From Thermotogota bacterium (lineage in GTDB: Bacteria > Bipolaricaulota > Bipolaricaulia > UBA7950 > UBA9294), in assembly GCA_039679545.1 (NCBI GenBank), contig JBDKUT010000062.1, positions 1-41,402 of the forward strand: 41,402 nucleotides of DNA, read 5' to 3'. The translations under genes and the position numbers were made by a program. Position 1 is the stretch's first letter. Each line of letters opens with the position of its first letter. Positions 34,515-41,402 of this stretch are shown in pieces. The notes below the pieces were generated by a model that did not search any database, had not been told where the DNA came from, and saw only the letters and a list, made by a program, of their open reading frames with translations.

Positions 34515-37500
34515 CCGGAGTCGCCGGGTCGGCCGGCACAGGGCGGAGGCTATCGCCGACGGCAGGCAGGTCGCCCCGCACGACTCGGCACGCCGCCGTG
34601 TCTCCGCCCACCAACTCGACCACTTCGAGTTCGCAGGGGCCTGCGGAAGACTCCAATCGATCGCCCATGCGGAGCCCGTTCCCCTCTCCCAGGGACACGA
34701 GGACGGCCCCCGTCGTGGCGTCAATCGAGAGGACGCGCCCCGCGGGGCCGACAGCAACGTGGGACGTGGCGCTTCCGGCAATTCCGCGTGCATCGGTGAC
34801 GCGGAGTTCAATAACGTACTCCCCTTCTACCGCGTACGTGTGGATCGGTGACGGATTCGTCGACGTGGTCCCGTCGCCGAATGACCAGGCGTACGAGGCG
34901 GGGGTTCGGGAAACCCGCGTCTGATCGGCAAACCGCACCGAGACCCCGGCGTACGGAAGGTCAGGGCCGTAGGTGAAGGCAACGACCGGAGGCCGATCGG
35001 CGGTTGCGAGAAGGACTCGCACTTCGCCCTCTCCCGCCAGTTGTGGCTCTTGCACGGCTCCGCGCTCCCGACGGACCCGCTCCGGAACGGCTCGGGCCAC
35101 ATACTCGTACAGCTCCCATGCCGTCACCCGAAGATCTCCGTTGAGATCCGCTGCGCCGCGCAACCCCTCGATCACACAGTAGGTAAACACACCGTGCCCC
35201 AGTTCGGGCGACTCAAACGCCTCTTGGGCCTCCGCGGCCGCGGAGAGGACAAGCCTCCCCTCAAGGGCAAAGTCCGAGAAAAGATCAGGTCGATCTCCAA
35301 TCGGACGCTTCGACGAGGGAAGGCTGCGTGAGAGTCCGCCGGAGTAGCAGCCATCGAACAGAACCAGGACGTGATTCGATTCGAGCCGGTCGAGAAAGCG
35401 CCCGAATTCGTCGTCGCGGAGTGCCGTGTCCTCGACCGCCGCGGCCGACGTATCCACGAGGACGAAGAACTCGTCGACGCCGTCCTTCTCGTCGCCGTTG
35501 TCGTCGTCGCCCTGGAATCCGTGCCCCGAGAACGACACCAGGGCGAGGTCGTCCTCCCCCGCCACGCGTCGCAGCCACCCGAGCGCCTCTCGCACGTTGA
35601 CCAAGGACGCAAGGTGTGGTGTCACGCCCGGGAGTTCCGCAACGGCGACCTCGGAGTCGAGGAGGAGGCGGATGTGGTCTTCGGCGACCCCGGAGTCGAG
35701 AAGCCAACGGCACATGGCGATGGCATCCTCTCTCCCGTACTGCAGGTCCTTCACCTGGGCGTAGTCTGAGATTCCAATGACGAGGGCCCAGACCTCATCC
35801 ACCGGGACAATCTCAGGCGTGGGCGAGACCACGATGGACTTCGACTCCGTCGCCTCGAGACCGTCCGAGTCTCTCACCGTCAGCTTCACCGTGTACTGCC
35901 CCTCCGCCGGGAAGCGGTGGACCGGTGAGGCGTCGCGCGAACTCCGGCCGTCACCGAAGTCCCACGTCCACGCGACGACGCTTCCGTCCGTATCGACGGA
36001 GCGGTCGGAGAAGTAGACCGGATCCTGGATCGCCGGCGTCGGGGGCGTGAAGGAGAACGCTGCGCGCGGGGGTTCGGCCTGGTCGATCAAGACGACGCGC
36101 ATGACCGCGTCCGCCCGCGACGTGTCGTCAACCACTCGCAGGGTGATCGGGTGCGGCCCCGCCCCGAGCGGCGGTGCGACGAGGGTCGGATCGCCCGAGA
36201 CAACGTCGATCACGCCGTCGGACTCGAAGTCCCAACTGTACTCGACGACGAATCCGTCGGAGTCGCTCGACTCCGACGCATCGAGCAGGACGCGATCCCC
36301 GGCCCGCGGGCCCCTCGGAAGGCGCACGCCGCCCTCCGACACGGCCACGGCCACGAACGTGGCGACCGGTGACGTGTCCGCGGGCCAGACCACGACCGGG
36401 AGCGTGAGCGAGGCGGCGGCGCCGCGGTCGTCGGACACGGTCAGCACGACACTGTAGGCCCCCGCAGACGTGTACGCATGATCGACGGAATCGCCTTCGG
36501 CGACCGTACCGTCGCCAAAATCCCACCACAGCTCGCGGATTTCGCCGTCCGGGTCGAACGAGTCGGCGGCACGGAACTGGACCGGCGTGCCCGCTTCGGG
36601 GTCCGCGGGAAGCGCAGAAAACGCGGGAATCGGCGGCTCGTTGGGCGACCGACGCAGCCATGCCGTCGGATCGAACGCAATCCCCGTCGCGACGCGGGGG
36701 CCGTCGTCCACCGAGAGCGCAAGCTCGCCGGACAGCGTCACGGGGCCGAGACTGGCCGCGGCGGAGACTGACCCCTCCGAGAGGCTCGAGCCCACGAAGC
36801 GGGCCTTCCCGGCCACGGAGAACCCCCGGTCCGCGAGAGCAAGGCGCACTCGCCACGCCTCTTCTCCAATCTCAACGAGCCCCGTCCAATCCCACCCATC
36901 GCCCGCCCACCGCGCCGACGCCGCGAGGATCCGATCGGGCAGAAGCTGCACCCGCTCCTCGAGGCTGAGACGCCGAGCACCGACGCCCACTCCCTGGAGT
37001 ACAGCGACGTCCAGGGTCGTCAGCGTCACGTCGACGGCCGCCAAGGATGTCTCAAGCCCCCACGAGGCGAGCGTGAAGTCCAGTTTGAGCCGCGACGCCA
37101 GGTGCGGCGAAGGCCAGTTCGTGGCCAAGCGGAGGGACGCTTCCACGGGCCCGCCGCCGAGGGCCGCCAGCCCCCACACGGCTCCCCAAGACTCGCCGCT
37201 CTCCAAGACCCCCGCAAATCCGCACTGCATCGTCAGCGCTTCGCCGTCACCGCCCTGACGCCAGACGCTCTGGACACTCCCGCTCGCCGCCACCCTACGG
37301 TGGAGACTTCCGAGCACGGTTGACTCGATGTCGAGGGCGACGCCACCACCGCTGTAGCGGAGGCCGAGGTCGAGCGAGTCGATCTCGGCGGGGGATCCGG
37401 AGAGGTGGAGATCCGCATGCCAGGTCTCGCCAAACCATCCTCGCGACGCCGAGGACACGAGTTCGACCGCCCACGAGGAGGTCGTCGACGGATCCTCGTG

Positions 37501-38817
37501 CGCACCGATCGTCGTCCACCCGAGTCCCGCTTCAATGCACGGCGAATCGAACCGAAGGGACACGTCGCCCGACGGAAGGTCCGCGAACTCAGGCGCCGCG
37601 GCGACGTCCGACGGCCGCCGCGTGGTTCCCTCATAGTCCGTCCCGTTCCCCCAGACGCAGTTGTGCGAGAAGGTCCGAACGCTCGATGCGTTGCCGGAGT
37701 CGCTCACCCTCAGACCAACCTCGCGGTTGTACGCCAGGATGCAGTGCTCGACCTGCGCGTCGCCGCCGGAGATCCGTACTCCGTCCCCGGCGTTCCGCGC
37801 CACTGTCGAATACGTGAGTTCGCACCGCGCCGTTGTCTCGAAGACCACGCCGTCGCCGCCTCCCCCCACAATCTCGCACGCTCGCGCCAAGATCGATGCC
37901 CCGCCCGCCGCGTGAAGGGAGATCCTGTCCACGGCGCTGAACCGTCCGCCCTCGATCGTGCACGTAGCCCCATCCTCGCACGAGACGGCGGCGGCGCCTC
38001 CTTCGACGTGGAGGCGAGCGAACGCTCCGGTCGCGCTGCTCATCAGGCGGACGGCATATCTCGCGTTGTCGGTGAGGGCCAGATCGCTGGCGACGATCCT
38101 CGCGGCGGCGTCGACGAGGATCCCATCCGTGGAGTGCCCGACGATCTCGCACCCGCCGAGAGAGGCGGTCGCGTTCGACTCGAGGACGAGCCCGCCCCCC
38201 GCGTTGTCCTCGAATCGCGAGCCGGTCGCCTCGAGTCGGGCATCATCTTCCACCAGGACACCGGCCGCTTCGTTTTCCTGGATCGTACAGCTGTCGAGGG
38301 TGACGCTTGCCCCGTCGTGAACCCAGATTCCGGCACCCGCGTTGTCTTCGATCGTCACCGAGTCGAACGTCAGGTCGGAGGTCACCTCCCCGACGTCAAC
38401 GCCGGGACCCACGGCGCCCGAGATCACGCAGTCGACGAGAGCCGCCGACCCTGCCGTGACCGCGACGGTCGAGCCCTCGAGGATGGACGCGGCACGCTCG
38501 ATCGTCATTCCCTCGATTCGCCCCGAACTTACGTGATCGACGACCAGCACGGGGTCGAACCCGTACGCGTAGCGAACGACCGTCTGTTGAGGCCCGGCGC
38601 CCACGACCGCCACGCCGTCCTTGAGCGCCACTTGTTCCTCGTAGACCCCGCCAGCCACCCGGATGACATCGCCGAAGGCCGCCGCGTCCATCGCGCCCCG
38701 AATCGTTTGGTAGTCGGCCGACCCATCCGGGGAGACAAGAAGTTCGGTGGCCGTCGCCAGAAGCGAACCTGTCAGCAGGAACACGGCGCAAGCACTAACT
38801 CGGAGCACGGCTCTCAT
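34492..38817 (-). CDS. Large secreted multidomain protein: right-handed beta-helix + beta-strand-rich region + 3 PKD + caspase-like (C14) peptidase + PKD
   Basis: Signal peptide MRAVLRVSACAVFLL, DYQTIRGAMDAA..GD beta-helix start with repeated N..G motifs, W.WDFGDG PKD repeats, ALVIGISDY...SFSGHG...LFDGCYSG His-Cys dyad, and HGVFTY. 1441 aa from ATG 38817. Confidence 0.85.
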   Translation of the reverse strand: MRAVLRVSACAVFLLTGSLLATATELLVSPDGSADYQTIRGAMDAAAFGDVIRVAGGVYEEQVALKDGVAVVGAGPQQTVVRYAYGFDPVLVVDHVSSGRIEGMTIERAASILEGSTVAVTAGSAALVDCVISGAVGPGVDVGEVTSDLTFDSVTIEDNAGAGIWVHDGASVTLDSCTIQENEAAGVLVEDDARLEATGSRFEDNAGGGLVLESNATASLGGCEIVGHSTDGILVDAAARIVASDLALTDNARYAVRLMSSATGAFARLHVEGGAAAVSCEDGATCTIEGGRFSAVDRISLHAAGGASILARACEIVGGGGDGVVFETTARCELTYSTVARNAGDGVRISGGDAQVEHCILAYNREVGLRVSDSGNASSVRTFSHNCVWGNGTDYEGTTRRPSDVAAAPEFADLPSGDVSLRFDSPCIEAGLGWTTIGAHEDPSTTSSWAVELVSSASRGWFGETWHADLHLSGSPAEIDSLDLGLRYSGGGVALDIESTVLGSLHRRVAASGSVQSVWRQGGDGEALTMQCGFAGVLESGESWGAVWGLAALGGGPVEASLRLATNWPSPHLASRLKLDFTLASWGLETSLAAVDVTLTTLDVAVLQGVGVGARRLSLEERVQLLPDRILAASARWAGDGWDWTGLVEIGEEAWRVRLALADRGFSVAGKARFVGSSLSEGSVSAAASLGPVTLSGELALSVDDGPRVATGIAFDPTAWLRRSPNEPPIPAFSALPADPEAGTPVQFRAADSFDPDGEIRELWWDFGDGTVAEGDSVDHAYTSAGAYSVVLTVSDDRGAAASLTLPVVVWPADTSPVATFVAVAVSEGGVRLPRGPRAGDRVLLDASESSDSDGFVVEYSWDFESDGVIDVVSGDPTLVAPPLGAGPHPITLRVVDDTSRADAVMRVVLIDQAEPPRAAFSFTPPTPAIQDPVYFSDRSVDTDGSVVAWTWDFGDGRSSRDASPVHRFPAEGQYTVKLTVRDSDGLEATESKSIVVSPTPEIVPVDEVWALVIGISDYAQVKDLQYGREDAIAMCRWLLDSGVAEDHIRLLLDSEVAVAELPGVTPHLASLVNVREALGWLRRVAGEDDLALVSFSGHGFQGDDDNGDEKDGVDEFFVLVDTSAAAVEDTALRDDEFGRFLDRLESNHVLVLFDGCYSGGLSRSLPSSKRPIGDRPDLFSDFALEGRLVLSAAAEAQEAFESPELGHGVFTYCVIEGLRGAADLNGDLRVTAWELYEYVARAVPERVRRERGAVQEPQLAGEGEVRVLLATADRPPVVAFTYGPDLPYAGVSVRFADQTRVSRTPASYAWSFGDGTTSTNPSPIHTYAVEGEYVIELRVTDARGIAGSATSHVAVGPAGRVLSIDATTGAVLVSLGEGNGLRMGDRLESSAGPCELEVVELVGGDTAACRVVRGDLPAVGDSLRPVPADPATPAILPAPG

Positions 38818-38925
38818 GCCGGGATTGTATAGGTCGACGAAACGTCCACAAAGCGAGCGGCGCTCTCCGAAGTCCGTCACGCAGAACTGGTATGATAGGG
38901 CGGAGCCCGGAGCCAAAGGGGGATC

Positions 38926-39489
38926 ATGAGAGTGTTCTTCTCTCTGCCCGTTGACGGGGCGCTTCGCATGCAGATCGGCCGCGTGGCGGAGCGGCTCCGC
39001 CGCGAGACGACGATGCCGGCCTCGTGGGTCCGCCCCGACAACTACCACGTCACGCTGCGCTTTCTCGGAGAGATCGACCCGGAGCTCACCATCCCCCTCG
39101 AGAAAGCCGCACAAGGGGCCGCTCGAAAAGTCGCTCCGTTCGCACTCCGCGTCGACACGCTCGGCGCGTTTCCGTCGATCGACCGCGCGAGGGTTCTCTG
39201 GGTTGGCGCGATGGCAGATCCGGCGTTTGGGAGCCTCGTCGGGGCTCTCGAAGAGCGGCTTGACGAGCTCGGATTCGCCCCCGAGCGCTCCGAGGCCCTT
39301 GCCCACGTCACGATGGCGCGAATCAAGGGACACCCCGACGCCCGCCTTCCTCGCGTTTTCGAAGCGATTGGCCCCTTCCCGCCGCACGTGCTCCGCATCG
39401 ACCGTCTCGTTCTCATGGAAAGCCGGCTCTCCCCGCACGGACCGACATACGCCCCGCTCTTCTCAGTACCGCTCGGCCCGGAGGAATAA
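38926..39489 (+). CDS. thpR: RNA 2',3'-cyclic phosphodiesterase (2H phosphoesterase, LigT-like)
   Basis: MRVFFSL, two HxT motifs (HVTLRFLG, HVTMAR), ARVLWVG and ESRLSPHGPTY. Confidence 0.92.
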   Translation: MRVFFSLPVDGALRMQIGRVAERLRRETTMPASWVRPDNYHVTLRFLGEIDPELTIPLEKAAQGAARKVAPFALRVDTLGAFPSIDRARVLWVGAMADPAFGSLVGALEERLDELGFAPERSEALAHVTMARIKGHPDARLPRVFEAIGPFPPHVLRIDRLVLMESRLSPHGPTYAPLFSVPLGPEE

Positions 39490-39499
39490 GGGAGCACCG

Positions 39500-39922
39500 A
39501 TGCCCTTCATCTACCTTGACCACACCGCCGACCTGGCCATTCGGGCGTGGGGATCCAGCATCGGCGAGGCGTTCGCCCAAGCGGCGCTCGCCATGTTCTC
39601 GAAAATGATCCGAACGGACCGAGTCCGCCCGGCGATCGTGCGCGATTACACGTTCCAGGCCGGCACGCTCCGGGATCTGCTCGTCGCGTGGTTGGCGGCG
39701 CTCCTCGCGCCGAAGGATGTTGAGAACTTGGTTTTCTCCCACTTCGACGTCGACGTGCGCGCGACGGAGGCCGGATTCGAACTCTCCGGCCGAGCGCTCG
39801 GTGAGCCACTCAACGCCGAGCGACATGAGCCAAGCGGCGAGGTGAAGGGGATCACCTACCTCGGCCTCGACGTCCGCGAGGACGCCGGAGTGTGGTACGC
39901 TGAGTTCGTCGCCGACGTCTGA
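39500..39922 (+). CDS. Archease (RtcB activator)
   Basis: YLDHTAD N-terminus, EVKGITY and terminal DV. RBS AAGGGAG. Confidence 0.92.
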   Translation: MPFIYLDHTADLAIRAWGSSIGEAFAQAALAMFSKMIRTDRVRPAIVRDYTFQAGTLRDLLVAWLAALLAPKDVENLVFSHFDVDVRATEAGFELSGRALGEPLNAERHEPSGEVKGITYLGLDVREDAGVWYAEFVADV

Positions 39923-39958
39923 GAGGCACGTCGACAGCGTCGCGATAGGGAGAGACCG

Positions 39959-41402
39959 GTGAGCATCTTCGACCACATGGAGCGGGCGGGCGACGTCGAA
40001 TGGATCTTGGCCCCGCACGACGGGATGCTCGTTGCCGGGCGGATCTACGCTGACGCCGCAAGCATCGAGCAGCTCCGCCGCGAGGCCGACGCTCCGAAGG
40101 GCTGGAGTGCCATCCGCCAACTGAAGAACGTGGCGAGCCTCCCCGGGATCGTCGCACCGGCCCTCGCGCTCCCTGACGTTCACCCCGGCTACGGCTTCCC
40201 GATCGGCGGGGTCGGTGCCTTCGACTTGGATGACGGAGTTGTCGTCGTCGGAGGCGTCGGGTTTGACATCAACTGCGGGGTCCGCCTGCTGCGCACTCCT
40301 CTCCATCGAGATGACGTCGCGCCCATCATCGATGAGATCGCGACGGACCTGTACCACGCGGTCCCTGCGGGGCTTGGATCGAAGGGGGCCCTTCGCCTCT
40401 CCATGAAGGAGATCGATCGCGTACTCCGGGAGGGCGCTCCGTACGTCGTCCGGCTCGGGAACGGCATTGAGGGCGACCTCGAATACACCGAGGAGAAGGG
40501 GCACGCGGACGGCGCGGAGCCGGATACCGTAAGCGCCCTCGCGAAGCAGCGACAGTTCCAGCAGGTAGGCACTCTCGGCTCGGGGAACCACTACCTCGAG
40601 GTGCAGACGGTCGACGAGATCCTCGAACCGAAGGCGGCGCGGGCGTTCGGGGTGACCGCCGGCCAGGTGGTCGTCTCCATTCATACTGGCTCGCGCGCGC
40701 TCGGGCACCAGATCGGCCAGGACTACTTGAAGGAGATGACGTCGGCTTCGACCAGGTACGGAATCCGAATCCCCGACCAAGAGATGGTGTGTGCTCCGGT
40801 CCGAAGCCCCGAGGGGCAGCGATACCTCGCGGCGGCGGCCTGCGGTGCAAACTGCGCGTTCGCCAACCGCCAGGCGATCACGCACCTGGTGAGAACCTCG
40901 CTCGCGCACAGCTGTGGGATCGGCCTGGAGACGATCCAGACGGTCTACGACATCGGCCACAACCACGTCCGAATCGAAGAGCACGAGGTCGGCGGCGTCC
41001 TGCGCCGCTTGCTCGTCCACCGAAAGGGGTCGACGCGCGCATTCGGTCCAGGACGCGGCGACGTCCCGCCCGCCTACCGTGAGGTCGGCCACCCCACTCT
41101 CGTCGGCGGGACGATGGGGACGTCGTCGTACGTCATGCACGGGACGTCGGCCGGCATGGACCTCGCTTTCGGCAGCGGGATTCACGGAGCGGGGCGTGCG
41201 CTGTCGCGCAACCAGGCGATCAAGCGATTCCGCCGCGACGGGATCCTGTCCGACCTCACGGCGAAGGGAATTCGCCTCTTGGCGCACGACAAGCGCGGCA
41301 TCGCCGAGGAGGCGCCGGGAGCCTACAAGGACGTCGACAGCGTCGTGCGAGCTGCCGAGACGGCCGGAATCAACGTCTCCGTCGCGCGGCTGCGGCCGCT
41401 GG
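39959..41402 (+). CDS. rtcB: RNA-splicing/repair ligase RtcB (3'-truncated by window edge; absent from ORF track because it has no stop)
   Basis: Read from sequence: GTG 39959, then LPDVHPGYGFPIGGV, GFDINCGVR, GTLGSGNHYLEVQ, IHTGSR..GHQ, HRKG, HGAGR and EEAPGAYKDV. Frame is open to the end. Confidence 0.95.
   Translation, partial: MSIFDHMERAGDVEWILAPHDGMLVAGRIYADAASIEQLRREADAPKGWSAIRQLKNVASLPGIVAPALALPDVHPGYGFPIGGVGAFDLDDGVVVVGGVGFDINCGVRLLRTPLHRDDVAPIIDEIATDLYHAVPAGLGSKGALRLSMKEIDRVLREGAPYVVRLGNGIEGDLEYTEEKGHADGAEPDTVSALAKQRQFQQVGTLGSGNHYLEVQTVDEILEPKAARAFGVTAGQVVVSIHTGSRALGHQIGQDYLKEMTSASTRYGIRIPDQEMVCAPVRSPEGQRYLAAAACGANCAFANRQAITHLVRTSLAHSCGIGLETIQTVYDIGHNHVRIEEHEVGGVLRRLLVHRKGSTRAFGPGRGDVPPAYREVGHPTLVGGTMGTSSYVMHGTSAGMDLAFGSGIHGAGRALSRNQAIKRFRRDGILSDLTAKGIRLLAHDKRGIAEEAPGAYKDVDSVVRAAETAGINVSVARLRPL

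Noticed and set aside
34750..36650. Repeated GTCGCC/GTCACC-GAA-GTCCCA-like DNA segments as a possible repeat array or CRISPR
   Set aside because: These are coding repeats of PKD WDFGDG motifs, irregularly spaced, with no spacer structure and no cas genes.
38818..39438. N-terminal 207-aa extension of the 1648-aa ORF
   Set aside because: Overlaps thpR on the opposite strand. The signal peptide and a -10 box place the real start at 38817.
39413..41287. 624-aa minus-strand ORF in the track
   Set aside because: Antisense shadow of archease/rtcB, whose motifs are clear on the plus strand. No recognisable motifs of its own.
1..41402. Mobile elements, tRNA/rRNA genes, prophage
   Set aside because: No transposase, integrase or phage genes, no terminal inverted repeats and no tRNA cloverleaf seen. 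Intergenic gaps are all short.

Overview
High-GC bacterial chromosomal window with no rRNA, tRNA, CRISPR array or mobile element that I can support. The PKD/caspase fusion, the soluble Sec-exported ABC binding protein and the archaeal-type RtcB plus archease suggest a diderm anaerobe such as Ca. Bipolaricaulota, but this is inference only. Bases 1-26.6 kb form one large proline/hydroxyproline-peptide catabolic island. It holds two oligopeptide ABC transporter sets, three M24 Xaa-Pro peptidases, and two proline-racemase-family enzymes (a Cys/Cys epimerase type and a Cys/Thr dehydratase type). It also holds a glycyl radical enzyme with the HypD (trans-4-hydroxy-L-proline dehydratase) active-site residues plus its activase, two complete hydantoinase/oxoprolinase A+B pairs, a cyclophilin-like DUF3830 protein and two paralogous XRE-cupin regulators. 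Several sigma70-like promoters and palindromic operators are readable. Bases 26.6-41.4 kb carry a flavin-reductase-like gene, glnS, a pyrK-pyrD-pyrF-pyrE-(non-canonical ThyX-like)-dcd operon, a secreted PDZ protein, a 1441-aa secreted beta-helix/beta-strand-rich/PKD/caspase protein, and a thpR-archease-rtcB RNA repair operon (rtcB runs off the end). The best candidates for something undescribed are: (i) an ATP-dependent lactam or cyclic-dipeptide-opening route feeding prolidases and HypD, (ii) the motif-divergent ThyX-like gene in a pyrimidine/dcd operon, and (iii) the exported caspase fusion.
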